A DNA stretch of 41,192 nucleotides from Gaiellales bacterium. GTDB taxonomy: Bacteria; Actinomycetota; Thermoleophilia; Gaiellales; JAICJC01. A program made the translations under genes and the position numbers. The notes under the pieces were generated by a model that worked only from the letters and a program-made list of their open reading frames with translations, made no database searches and had not been told where the DNA came from. Shown piece by piece: positions 16,780 through 25,418 of the stretch. The stretch lies in NCBI GenBank assembly GCA_035537595.1, contig DATLLX010000083.1, positions 1 to 41,192 of the forward strand, written 5' to 3'. The first letter of the stretch is position 1; each line of letters opens with the position of its first letter.

Positions 16780-17649
16780 GTGAGGGTCGCTTTCTTCGGC
16801 ACCGCGGAGTTCGGGGCCGACGTGCTGCGGGCGCTGGTCGGCCGCGGCAAGCTCGACGTTACGACGGTGGTCAGCCAACCCGACCGCCCGTCCGGCCGGG
16901 GGCGCCGGCCACAGCCGCCGCCGGTGGCGGCCGCAGCGGCGGAGCTCGGCTTGCCGCTGCTCCAGCCCGAGCGGGCCAGCGAGACGCCGCCGCCTGCCGA
17001 TGCCGGGATCGTGGTCGCGTTCGGGCAGCTGATCCGACCGCCGCTGCTCGACTCCTACCCGCTGGTCAACCTGCACCCGTCACGGCTGCCCCGGTGGCGG
17101 GGCGCAGCTCCGGTGGAGCGGGCGATCATGGCCGGTGACCCCGACACGGCCGTCGCCGTGATCGATCTGGTGGCCGAGCTCGACGCCGGGCCCGTGCGGG
17201 CGATGGAGGCGATCGGGATCGGCCCGGAGGACGACGCCGGAGCGGTTCGCCTCCGCGCGCTGGAGCTGGGCGTGCCGATGCTCGAGCAGGCGTTGCTCGA
17301 GCCTTCCCGGCCGGTGCCGCAGAGCGGTGAGGTGACCTACGCCCACAAGCTGACCACAGACGACCGGGCGCTCGATTGGAGGCGGCCGGCCCGCGAGCTC
17401 GACCGGGTCGTCCGCGCGCTGTCGCCGCACATCGGCGCCCGCACGGCGCTCGACGGCCGGCCGGTGACCGTGTGGCGCGCCCGGCCGCTGGAGGACGGGC
17501 CGGCTCCCGGCCAGGTGGCCGATCCGCTGGTGGTGGGAACGGCCGAGGGCGGCCTGCGGCTGCTCGAGATCCAGCCGGCCGGGAAGCGGCGGATGGCGGC
17601 CGGCGAATACCTGCGCGGGCTGCGCGAGCCGCCCCGGGAGGCACGATGA
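16780..17649 (+). CDS. fmt: methionyl-tRNA formyltransferase
   Basis: VRVAFFGTAEFG N-terminus, SQPDRPSGRG and NLHPSRLPRWRGAAP. The start is either GTG 16780 (preferred) or GTG 16747, which overlaps def. Confidence 0.9.
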   Translation: MRVAFFGTAEFGADVLRALVGRGKLDVTTVVSQPDRPSGRGRRPQPPPVAAAAAELGLPLLQPERASETPPPADAGIVVAFGQLIRPPLLDSYPLVNLHPSRLPRWRGAAPVERAIMAGDPDTAVAVIDLVAELDAGPVRAMEAIGIGPEDDAGAVRLRALELGVPMLEQALLEPSRPVPQSGEVTYAHKLTTDDRALDWRRPARELDRVVRALSPHIGARTALDGRPVTVWRARPLEDGPAPGQVADPLVVGTAEGGLRLLEIQPAGKRRMAAGEYLRGLREPPREAR

Positions 17650-18551
17650 CCGCTGCGCGCACCCACACCGTCAGCGTTGACGGAGCCCCGATCGTGCTCC
17701 GAGAGTGGGGTGACGAGTCGGCGCTGCCGGTCGTGCACTGGCCGGGGCTCGGCACCTACACCGGCGAGTACCTGTTCGAGCTGGGGCCGCTGCTGGCGGA
17801 GCACGGCGTGCGCGTGATCGCGCTCGATCCGCCCGGTATCGGCGCCTCGCCGCGGCTGCCGCTGGAGCGCTACCGCGCGGACGAGCTGGGGCGGCTGCTG
17901 ATCGGTGGGGTCGGCGCGCTGGAGCTGACGGATGCCGTTCTGATGGGGGCGTCGTGGGGTGCGGTCGTGGCCTGCGAGGCGGCGGCGCTCGCGCCCGAGC
18001 GGTGCCGTGGGCTGGTGCTGCTCGACGGCGGCTACTTCGATCACTCCCGGGTGCGCGGCTGGCAGTTGCCCCTGGACGAGCATGTCCGCCGGGCCGGCGA
18101 GGAGGAGTGGCGCTTCAAGGACCGCGAGGCGCTTTTGAGCGCGCTCGAGGAGCACTTCGGGACGCTGTCGCCGGGACTGGCGGCCTACTGGCTGTCGACG
18201 GTCGAGGAGCGCGACGGCGAGCTCGTGGACACCGCGGATACCGAGGTGATGGGCGCGGGCCTGTGGGGGCTGGTCCAGCCGCGGCCGCCGATCGCCGCCC
18301 GCCTGGAGGCGGCCGCTGTGCCCCTGCTGCTGCTCGTCGCCGATGCCGGATGGCCGTCCGAGGCGGAGGCCCAGGAGCTTGGTGTCTCGCGAGCCGACAT
18401 GGAGGGCTGGCGAAATGATGGCCTGGATGCGTTCCGCGCGCTCTCGCGGTCGACGGTGATCGAGCTTGCGGGCGTGCCGCACGACATGATCGCCGTTGCC
18501 GCGCCGCGGGTGGCCGAGCTGGTGAGCCAATGGTTGCCGCAGGTTCGCTGA
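17646..18551 (+). CDS. alpha/beta-fold hydrolase
   Basis: ATGA overlap with fmt. Oxyanion-region HWPGLG and nucleophile elbow GASWG (G-x-S-x-G). Length is 301 aa. Confidence 0.75.
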   Translation: MTAARTHTVSVDGAPIVLREWGDESALPVVHWPGLGTYTGEYLFELGPLLAEHGVRVIALDPPGIGASPRLPLERYRADELGRLLIGGVGALELTDAVLMGASWGAVVACEAAALAPERCRGLVLLDGGYFDHSRVRGWQLPLDEHVRRAGEEEWRFKDREALLSALEEHFGTLSPGLAAYWLSTVEERDGELVDTADTEVMGAGLWGLVQPRPPIAARLEAAAVPLLLLVADAGWPSEAEAQELGVSRADMEGWRNDGLDAFRALSRSTVIELAGVPHDMIAVAAPRVAELVSQWLPQVR

Positions 18552-19738
18552 CGGCCCGCCAGGTCGCCTACGAGGTCGTCCGCAGGACGTTCGAGTCGGG
18601 CGCCTACGCCGACCGGGCGTTCGACGGGATCGCCGCCGGGCTCGAGCCGCGCGAGCGGCGCCAGGCGATGCGGCTGGCGTTCGGGGCGGTGCAGCGCATG
18701 CGGACGGTCGACCACGCCGTCGAGACGCTGGGCGGACGGCGCCCCGGGCGGCTGCAGGCCGAGCTCCGAAACGCGCTGCGCGTCGCCGGCTACGAGCTGC
18801 TGTTCTCCGATTCGGTGCCCGCCCGGGCGGCGGTCAACGAGGGGGTCGAGCTGGCCAAGGAGGTGGCCGGCGACCGCGTCGGCGGGCTTGCGAATGCGGT
18901 GCTGCGGCGGATCGCGGAGGCGGGTACGGCGTGGGTCGACGGCCTGCCGCCGGGACTGCGGTACTCCTATCCGGACTGGGTGATCGAGGAGTGGGCGGCG
19001 ATGCTCGGCGACGAGGGCGCGGCCCGCCTGGCCGAGGCCCAGAACCAGCCGCCGGAGCTGGCCGTCCGCGTCAACACGCTTCGCACCGCCGATGTCGACC
19101 TGGGCGTGCCCGTACGTCTCGACCCCGAGCTGCCCGAGGCCCTGGTGATCGAGGCGGCGTTTGACGTCGGCGCCAGCCGGGCCTTCCTGGATGGCCTGGT
19201 CTGGCCCCAGTCGCGGGCCTCGATGCTGCCGGCCCGGGCGCTCGCACCCGAGCCGGGGATGCGGGTGCTCGACCTGTGCGCCGCCCCCGGCGGCAAGACC
19301 GGGCACCTGGCCGCGCTGATGGAGAACCGGGGCGAGATCGTGGCCGTCGAGCGCCACCCGGGCCGGGCCGGCCAGCTTCGCGAGACGCTCGACCGCCTGG
19401 GCGCCACCTGCGCCCGGGTCGAGGTGGCCGACGCCTTTGACATCCGCGTCGGCGGCTTCGACCGCATCCTGCTCGACCCGCCGTGCAGCGGCCTGGGCGT
19501 GCTCGCCGGTCGCCCCGACGCCCGCTGGCGGCGCACGCTGGAGGGCGCTCACGAGGTCGCCGACCTGCAGCGGACGCTGCTCGACCACGCCCGCTCACTG
19601 CTGGCCCCGGCCGGCCGGCTCGTGTACTCCGTCTGCACCGTCCGCCGCGAGGAGAGCGAGCGCGTGCTCCCTGGCGGCCGGCAGACGCTGCCCCACGTCG
19701 ACGGCACCGACGGGTTCTACGTGGCGGCGACCGGGTGA
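18530..19738 (+). CDS. rsmB: 16S rRNA (cytosine-C5)-methyltransferase RsmB/Sun family
   Basis: NusB-like N-terminus (ARQVAYEVVRRTFESGAYADRAF). SAM motif DLCAAPGGKT and catalytic DPPCSGLG. Confidence 0.88.
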   Translation: MVAAGSLTARQVAYEVVRRTFESGAYADRAFDGIAAGLEPRERRQAMRLAFGAVQRMRTVDHAVETLGGRRPGRLQAELRNALRVAGYELLFSDSVPARAAVNEGVELAKEVAGDRVGGLANAVLRRIAEAGTAWVDGLPPGLRYSYPDWVIEEWAAMLGDEGAARLAEAQNQPPELAVRVNTLRTADVDLGVPVRLDPELPEALVIEAAFDVGASRAFLDGLVWPQSRASMLPARALAPEPGMRVLDLCAAPGGKTGHLAALMENRGEIVAVERHPGRAGQLRETLDRLGATCARVEVADAFDIRVGGFDRILLDPPCSGLGVLAGRPDARWRRTLEGAHEVADLQRTLLDHARSLLAPAGRLVYSVCTVRREESERVLPGGRQTLPHVDGTDGFYVAATG

Positions 19739-20238
19739 GGCGTCCCACGAAACCGACCGGTGAGGAGCGCTCGACGGACGGCCACCGCCCCGGCGTCACC
19801 AGCTTCGTCCACATCGGCCTTGTCGTCGACGACCTCGACGAGACAGTCCGGTTTCTCACGCTGCTCGGCCTCGACTGTGGCAAGCCGGGGGTGTTCAGCG
19901 GCGAGTGGATCGGTCGGATCATCGGTCTCAAGGACGTGACGGTCGAGCTCGTGATGGTTCGCGGCCCCGACGGCAGCGACGTGTTCGAGGTGGTGCGCTT
20001 CCACTCGCCTTCGGCCGGCGCGCACGAGCTGGCGGCGGCTGCGAACCACCCAGGGCTTCGGCACGTCTGCTTCCAGGTCGACGACCTGCGTGGCGTCGTC
20101 GATCGCGTCCGAGTGGCCGGCTGGGAAACGGTCGGGGAGGTCGTCGACTACGAGAGCACCTATCTCCTCTGCTACGTCCGCGGCCCCGAGGGCCTGATCG
20201 TCGAGCTCGCCCAGCGGCTCAACCGCGCGCCGGGCTGA
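19735..20238 (+). CDS. VOC/glyoxalase-family protein
   Basis: GTGA overlap with rsmB. Paired beta-alpha-beta-beta-beta modules (FVHIGLVVDDLDETVRFL and LRHVCFQVDDLRGVVDRV). The start is uncertain. Confidence 0.7.
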   Translation: MRRPTKPTGEERSTDGHRPGVTSFVHIGLVVDDLDETVRFLTLLGLDCGKPGVFSGEWIGRIIGLKDVTVELVMVRGPDGSDVFEVVRFHSPSAGAHELAAAANHPGLRHVCFQVDDLRGVVDRVRVAGWETVGEVVDYESTYLLCYVRGPEGLIVELAQRLNRAPG

Positions 20239-20272
20239 CTCGACGCCTGCGGCTCGAGCGTAGGATCGCCCC

Positions 20273-20524
20273 ATGAACGTTCGAGGAGTCGATCCCCGCG
20301 ACATAGAGCGTGAGGTCAAGGCGGTCTGCCGGGTGCACTTCTGGAGCGCCGGACGGACGCTGTCCGACGAGTTCGAGCTGACCGACGCAGCGGATGTTCA
20401 CGAGGTACTGCGCTGGATCGACGCGAACGCCGACGGCCGAGAGGTGGAGGCCCTGGTCGTGGTCGACGGATGCGACGTCCCGAAGGCGCCGTTGGTTGAC
20501 CGGAGATGGCGACGGCGTCGGTAG
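20273..20524 (+). CDS. hypothetical small protein (83 aa)
   Basis: ATG with AGGA 9 nt upstream and a non-repetitive sequence. It has clearly more A/T-ending codons (gtt, cga, gga, gat, ata, gta, aga) than its neighbours. I recognise no family. Confidence 0.45.
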   Translation: MNVRGVDPRDIEREVKAVCRVHFWSAGRTLSDEFELTDAADVHEVLRWIDANADGREVEALVVVDGCDVPKAPLVDRRWRRRR

Positions 20525-20534
20525 AGTCCCCGCC

Positions 20535-21239
20535 GTGGCACAGTGGCCGACGATTCCCGAGGTGGCGCCCTCGATCCTGTCCGCCGATTTCGGCCGGATG
20601 CGGGAGCAGGTCGCCGAGGTGCTCGACGCCGGCGCCCGGGTGATCCACATCGACGTCATGGACGGCCATTTCGTGCCGGTGATCACCTTCGGCCCCAAGA
20701 TGGTGACAGATCTCGCGGAGCTGATCCACGAGTACGGCGCACTGGCCGACGTGCACCTGATGATCGAGCAGCCGGAGCGGCACATCTCCCAGTTCGCCGA
20801 TGCCGGCGCCGACAGCATCACCGTCCATGTCGAGGCGTCTCCGCACCTGCATCACACACTGCACGCGATCAAGGAGCTGGGCTGCCGGGCGGGAGTGACG
20901 CTGAACCCGGGGACGCCGGTCGCCGCTCTGGCTGAGGCCGCCCGCTACGCCGACGTGCTGCTGTGCATGAGCGTCAACCCCGGCTGGGGAGGCCAGGCGT
21001 TCATCCCGGCGACGCTGGAGCGGCTGCCGCTGATGCGGGAACTGGCGGGCGCCGGTGACGATCCGGTGGCGGTCGAGGTCGACGGCGGTGTCAACACCGG
21101 CACGATCGTCGACGTCTATCGGGCCGGCGCCAACATCCTGGTCGCAGGATCGGCGATCTTCGGTGCGCCCAGCCCCGGCGAGAGCTTCCGCGAGCTGCGC
21201 GGGCTGGTGACGGCCGCCGGCGAGCCGGCATGGGCCTGA
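20535..21239 (+). CDS. rpe: ribulose-phosphate 3-epimerase
   Basis: Motifs APSILSADFGRM, HIDVMDGHFVP, MSVNPGWGGQ and VDGGV. The start is either GTG 20535 or GTG 20562. Confidence 0.93.
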   Translation: MAQWPTIPEVAPSILSADFGRMREQVAEVLDAGARVIHIDVMDGHFVPVITFGPKMVTDLAELIHEYGALADVHLMIEQPERHISQFADAGADSITVHVEASPHLHHTLHAIKELGCRAGVTLNPGTPVAALAEAARYADVLLCMSVNPGWGGQAFIPATLERLPLMRELAGAGDDPVAVEVDGGVNTGTIVDVYRAGANILVAGSAIFGAPSPGESFRELRGLVTAAGEPAWA

Positions 21240-22315
21240 CCGGCGAGGACGTCGCTCACCTGGAGCGCTGCCTGGCGCTGGCCGATCGGGGTGCGCGCAC
21301 GGCGGCGCCCAATCCGCTCGTCGGCTGCCTGATCGTCCGCGACGGCGTCGTGCTGGGCGAGGGCTGGCACGAGCGGCCCGGGGCCGATCACGCGGAGGTC
21401 GCCGCGCTGCGTGCCGCCGGCGACGCCGCCGGCGCGACCGCCTACGTCAGCCTGGAGCCGTGTTGCCATCACGGGCGCACGCCTCCCTGCACCGAGGCCC
21501 TGCTCGATGCCCGCGTGGCCCGGGTGGTGGTGGCGGCGCTCGACCCGTCGTCGAAGGTCGACGGCAAGGGCGTCGCCGCGCTGCGCGGCGGCGGGGTGAC
21601 GGTCGACGTGGCCGAGGGCGAGGTGGCCGTCTCCGCCCGCCGTCAGAACGCGCCGTTCCGCACCCTCGCCCTGCTGGGCCGGCCCCACGTCACCTACAAG
21701 GCGGCGATCAGCCTCGACGGCCGCACGGCCACCCCGGCCGGCGACTCGCGGTGGATCTCCTCGCCCGACAGCCGCCGGCTGGTGCACGAGATGCGCGCCC
21801 GCTGCGGGGCGGTGGCGGTTGGCGCCGGCACCGCGGTCGCCGACGACCCGCTGCTGACGGCGCGGGACGTCGAGCCGCCGGCGGAGCACCAGCCGCTGCG
21901 GGTCGTCTTCGACCGCCGGGCCCGGCTTCCGGCCGAAAGCGCGCTGGCCCGCACGGCGCGCGAGGTGCCCGTGCTCGTCGTCTGCGATCCCGCGGCTCCC
22001 GACCGCCCCGATCTGGCGGCGCTGGGGGTCGAGGTGCTGACCGCAGCTCCGCGGCCGGCCCTCGAGGAGCTGGGCCGGCGGGGCATCTCGTCGCTGCTGC
22101 TGGAGGGCGGCGCCGTGCTGGCGGGAGCTCTGCTGGCCGAGGAGCTGATCGACCGGCTGGCGCTGTTCGTGGCGCCGCTCGTGATCGGCCGCGGCCCGTG
22201 CGTGGTGGATGCCGTCCTGCCGGAGGGGCTGGCGGAGGCGCCGCGGGCGACCGGCTTGCGAGCCCGCGCGGTGGGCCCGGATATCCTGCTCGAGGCGGAA
22301 TTGCGGGAGGTCTGA
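21230..22315 (+). CDS. ribD: bifunctional riboflavin biosynthesis deaminase/reductase RibD
   Basis: CMP/dCMP deaminase zinc motif HAEVAAL...SLEPCCHHGRTPPC, followed by a RibD C-terminal reductase domain. It overlaps the rpe end by 10 nt. Confidence 0.93.
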   Translation: MGLTGEDVAHLERCLALADRGARTAAPNPLVGCLIVRDGVVLGEGWHERPGADHAEVAALRAAGDAAGATAYVSLEPCCHHGRTPPCTEALLDARVARVVVAALDPSSKVDGKGVAALRGGGVTVDVAEGEVAVSARRQNAPFRTLALLGRPHVTYKAAISLDGRTATPAGDSRWISSPDSRRLVHEMRARCGAVAVGAGTAVADDPLLTARDVEPPAEHQPLRVVFDRRARLPAESALARTAREVPVLVVCDPAAPDRPDLAALGVEVLTAAPRPALEELGRRGISSLLLEGGAVLAGALLAEELIDRLALFVAPLVIGRGPCVVDAVLPEGLAEAPRATGLRARAVGPDILLEAELREV

Positions 22316-22899
22316 TGTTCACCGGGATCGTGATCGAGCAGGGCGTGGTCGAGCACGCGCCGCCGCAGCTCGTGCTGCGGGCGCCGCAGGTCGCGGCAGA
22401 CGTCGCGATCGGCGACTCGGTCGCAGTCGACGGCTGCTGCCTGACGGTGACGGCGGTCGACGGCCCGCGGCTGCAGTTCGACGCGGTGCCCGAGACGCTC
22501 CGGCGAACGACGCTGGGCGGGTTCGCGCCGGGCTCCACCGTCAACCTCGAGCCCGCCCTGCGGGCCGGCGACCGGATGGGCGGGCACGTCGTCCAGGGCC
22601 ACGTCGACGGCGTCGGCGAGCTGGTCTCGGCCGAGCCCGAGGGGGACGCCGTCAACCTCACCTTCGCCGCGCCCGAGCCGGTGCTGCGCTACGTGATCGA
22701 GAAGGGATCGATCACCGTCAACGGCGTCAGCCTGACCGTCACCGGCTTCGACGAGGCCACCTTCTCGGTGTCGATCATTCCCCACACCCGCGAGGTGACC
22801 AACCTGGGCGGGCTCGAGCCAGGCGATCGCGTCAATCTGGAGGCCGACATCTTCGGAAAGTACGTGGAACGCTTGCTGGTACCATCGAGCTCAGGATGA
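22315..22899 (+). CDS. ribE: riboflavin synthase (alpha chain)
   Basis: MFTGIV N-terminus with duplicated lumazine-binding repeats (GDSVAVDGCCLTV and GSITVNGVSLTV). The stop/start junction is TGATG. Confidence 0.93.
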   Translation: MFTGIVIEQGVVEHAPPQLVLRAPQVAADVAIGDSVAVDGCCLTVTAVDGPRLQFDAVPETLRRTTLGGFAPGSTVNLEPALRAGDRMGGHVVQGHVDGVGELVSAEPEGDAVNLTFAAPEPVLRYVIEKGSITVNGVSLTVTGFDEATFSVSIIPHTREVTNLGGLEPGDRVNLEADIFGKYVERLLVPSSSG

Positions 22900-24227
22900 C
22901 CCTCGACGGCCGCTACAAGGAGCTCTACCCGGAGCTCGAGTCCTCACCGTTCGCGACGGTCGAGGAGGCGATCGAGGACATCCGCGCCGGCCGCATGGTG
23001 GTGGTCGTCGATTCGCCCGACCGGGAGAACGAGGGCGACCTGGTGATGGCCGCCGAATGCGTCACTCCGGAGGCGATCAACTTCATGGCCAAGGAGGCGC
23101 GGGGCCTGATCTGCCTGACCCTGACGCCGGAGCGCTGCGACGAGCTGGGCCTGCAGATGATGACCCACCAGAACCGCACCCCCTACGAGACCGCCTTCAC
23201 CGTCTCGATCGAGGCCCGCCAGGGCGTCTCGACGGGGATCTCGGCGGCCGACCGGGCGCACACCATCCGGGTCGCCGCCGACCCGGAGTCCGGGCCCGGA
23301 GACCTGGTGCAGCCGGGACACGTGTTTCCACTGCGCTCGCGGCCGTACGGCGTGCTCGAGCGCACGGGGCAGACCGAGGCATCCGTCGACCTGGCCCGGC
23401 TGGCGGGGTTCAGCGCGGCCGGCGTCATCTGCGAGGTGATGAACGACGACGGCACCATGGCGCGGATCCCCGACCTGGTGGCCTACTGCGACCGGCACGG
23501 CCTGAAGATGATCACGGTGGCCGACCTGATCGCCCACCGCCACCGTCGGGAGAAGCTGGTCGAGCGGATCGCGGCCGCCCAGCTGCCCACCGCCTACGGC
23601 GATTTCGTCGCCCACGGCTACCGGTCGATGATCGACGGCCAGCAGCACGTGGCGATGGTGATGGGCGACGTGGCGGGCGCGCAGGATGTGCTGGTGCGGG
23701 TGCACAGCGAGTGCGTCACCGGCGACGTGTTCCACTCCATGCGCTGCGACTGCGGCGAGCAGCTGGAGCGGGCGCTGGCCCAGATCGCCCAGGAGGGGCG
23801 GGGTGTGCTGCTGTACCTGTCCCAGGAGGGCCGGGGGATCGGCCTGCTCAACAAGCTGCGCGCCTACGAGCTGCAGGAGCAGGGCCTGGACACCGTCGAC
23901 GCCAACCTCGCCCTCGGCCTGCCGGTCGACTCCCGCGACTACGGCATGGGCGCGCAGATCCTGGCCGACATCGGGCTGTCCACGATCCGCGTGCTGACCA
24001 ACAACCCCAAGAAGATCGTCGGCCTGGAGGGCTACGGACTGACGGTCACCGAGCAGGTGCCGATCGTGGCCGAGCCGAACCAGGTCAACGAGCAGTACCT
24101 GCGCACCAAGCGCGAGCGGATGGGCCACACCATCACCCACCAGGGTCGCCGGGTCGACGACTTCGAGGGCGTGCCCTCGCCCTTCACCGAGTCGCCGTTC
24201 GGCTTCACCGGGCCGGTCTCGCAGTGA
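22896..24227 (+). CDS. ribBA: bifunctional 3,4-dihydroxy-2-butanone-4-phosphate synthase / GTP cyclohydrolase II
   Basis: RENEGDLV and GHVFPL mark the DHBP synthase half. [18 protein letters not shown] marks the GCH II zinc site. ATGA overlap with ribE. Confidence 0.95.
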   Translation: MTLDGRYKELYPELESSPFATVEEAIEDIRAGRMVVVVDSPDRENEGDLVMAAECVTPEAINFMAKEARGLICLTLTPERCDELGLQMMTHQNRTPYETAFTVSIEARQGVSTGISAADRAHTIRVAADPESGPGDLVQPGHVFPLRSRPYGVLERTGQTEASVDLARLAGFSAAGVICEVMNDDGTMARIPDLVAYCDRHGLKMITVADLIAHRHRREKLVERIAAAQLPTAYGDFVAHGYRSMIDGQQHVAMVMGDVAGAQDVLVRVHSECVTGDVFHSMRCDCGEQLERALAQIAQEGRGVLLYLSQEGRGIGLLNKLRAYELQEQGLDTVDANLALGLPVDSRDYGMGAQILADIGLSTIRVLTNNPKKIVGLEGYGLTVTEQVPIVAEPNQVNEQYLRTKRERMGHTITHQGRRVDDFEGVPSPFTESPFGFTGPVSQ

Positions 24228-24736
24228 GCGAGGAGGGACCGGGGGAGATCCAGCTCCCCGTGGGATGCCGCGCGATCACCGGTCAGGCGTTCGCCGGCCT
24301 CGACATCGCCATCGTCGCCTCCCGCTACAACGCCCGGGTGGTGGAACGACTGCTGGCGGGCGCCGTGGAGGAGCTCGAGAGCCGGGGGATCACGCGCGAC
24401 GCGCTGACCATCGTGCTCGTGCCCGGAGCCTGGGAGCTGCCCTACGTCTGCCGCAGGCTGGCGGAGGTCGGCGGCCATCACGCCGTTGTCGCCCTGGGCT
24501 GCGTCGTCCGCGGCGAGACCCCGCACTTCGACTACGTCTGCGCCGAGGCCTCGCGCGGCATCACCGAGGCCAGCCGCGACACGGGCGTGCCGGTCACCTT
24601 CGGCCTGCTCACCGTCAACACCCAGGAGCAGGCGGAGGCGCGGGCCGGCGGCAGCGCCGGCAACAAGGGCGCCGAGGCCGCGGCCGCCGCGGTCGAGATG
24701 GCCGGCCTGATGCGCACGCTTCCGCGGGCGCGCTAG
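24224..24736 (+). CDS. ribH: 6,7-dimethyl-8-ribityllumazine synthase
   Basis: GTGA overlap with ribBA. Motifs VPGAWELP, LGCVVRGETPHFDYV and FGLLTV. Confidence 0.93.
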   Translation: MSEEGPGEIQLPVGCRAITGQAFAGLDIAIVASRYNARVVERLLAGAVEELESRGITRDALTIVLVPGAWELPYVCRRLAEVGGHHAVVALGCVVRGETPHFDYVCAEASRGITEASRDTGVPVTFGLLTVNTQEQAEARAGGSAGNKGAEAAAAAVEMAGLMRTLPRAR

Positions 24737-24764
24737 AGGACAGGCCTCCCGGGCCCGGTCGCGC

Positions 24765-24956
24765 CTAGACCGCTTTGGTGACCTTGCCGCTCTTGAGGCA
24801 GCGGGTGCAGACGTAGGCGCGCGTGGGGCTGCCGTTCAGCAGGATGCGCATCTGCTGGAGGTTCGGATTGAAGCGGCGCCTGGTTGCGACCATCGAGTGG
24901 CTGCGGTTGTTGCCGAAGCCGGGCTTCTTGTTGCAGATGACGCAGACCTTGGACAC
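24765..24956 (-). CDS. rpmB: 50S ribosomal protein L28
   Basis: The sequence is (M)SKVCVICNKKPGFGNNRSHSMVATRRRFNPNLQ. GTG start with a GGGAAGG RBS upstream. Confidence 0.95.
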   Translation of the reverse strand: MSKVCVICNKKPGFGNNRSHSMVATRRRFNPNLQQMRILLNGSPTRAYVCTRCLKSGKVTKAV

Positions 24957-25034
24957 CGAAAAACCTTCCCTGTTGGAGTGCGGGCGGCAGTATAGCCTGC
25001 AACCACGGCACCTCCATTCACGTCATACGACAAG

Positions 25035-25418
25035 ATGGCGAACGCGCCGCTCAGGGCCGTGCCGGCCGAAGTCGCCGCCCAGGTGGACGGTGGGCTGACG
25101 ATTCCGAACGAGGTGATCGCGCAGATCGTCGGGTTCACCGTGCTCGAGTGCTACGGGGTGGTGGGGATGGCGGCGACCAACCTGACGCAGGGTGTCGCCC
25201 GGCTGCTGTCGCGGGAGCGGATCACCCAGGGTGTGTCGGTGCGCCGTGAGGGCGATGCGCTGGCGATCGAGCTGTACGTGATCCTCGAGTTCGGCCTGAA
25301 CCTGGCGGAGGTTGCGTCGAACGTCCGCACCCGGGTGATCTACAACGTGGAGAAGATGACCCGGATGACGGTAGGTTCGGTGCAGATCCACGTGCAAGGC
25401 GTGAAGCGGACTTCATGA
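25035..25418 (+). CDS. Asp23/Gls24 (alkaline shock protein) family protein
   Basis: Length is 127 aa. The segments IPNEVIAQIVGFTVLECYGVVGM and VQIHVQGV are typical of Asp23/YloU. The position upstream of a yloV-type gene is as in Firmicutes. Confidence 0.85.
   Translation: MANAPLRAVPAEVAAQVDGGLTIPNEVIAQIVGFTVLECYGVVGMAATNLTQGVARLLSRERITQGVSVRREGDALAIELYVILEFGLNLAEVASNVRTRVIYNVEKMTRMTVGSVQIHVQGVKRTS

Noticed and set aside
14085-16850. 921-aa ORF antisense to priA and def
   Set aside because: Same high-GC shadow-ORF composition. The plus strand carries unambiguous PriA (Walker A, DEEH, zinc cluster) and Def (EGCLS, QHEIDH) motifs.
21100-21240. FMN riboswitch upstream of ribD; also a SAM riboswitch upstream of metK (12933-12966) and a T-box or attenuator upstream of trpS (4793-4851)
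   Set aside because: ribD overlaps rpe by 10 nt. The metK gap is 34 nt and the trpS/aroG divergent gap is about 59 nt. All are far too short for these structured leaders (over 100 nt), and I saw no conserved riboswitch cores.
24737-24764. Bidirectional intrinsic terminator between ribH and rpmB
   Set aside because: Only 4-5 bp GC pairings (GGCC/CCCGGG) are present and there is no U-tract on either strand, so this is not convincing from sequence alone.
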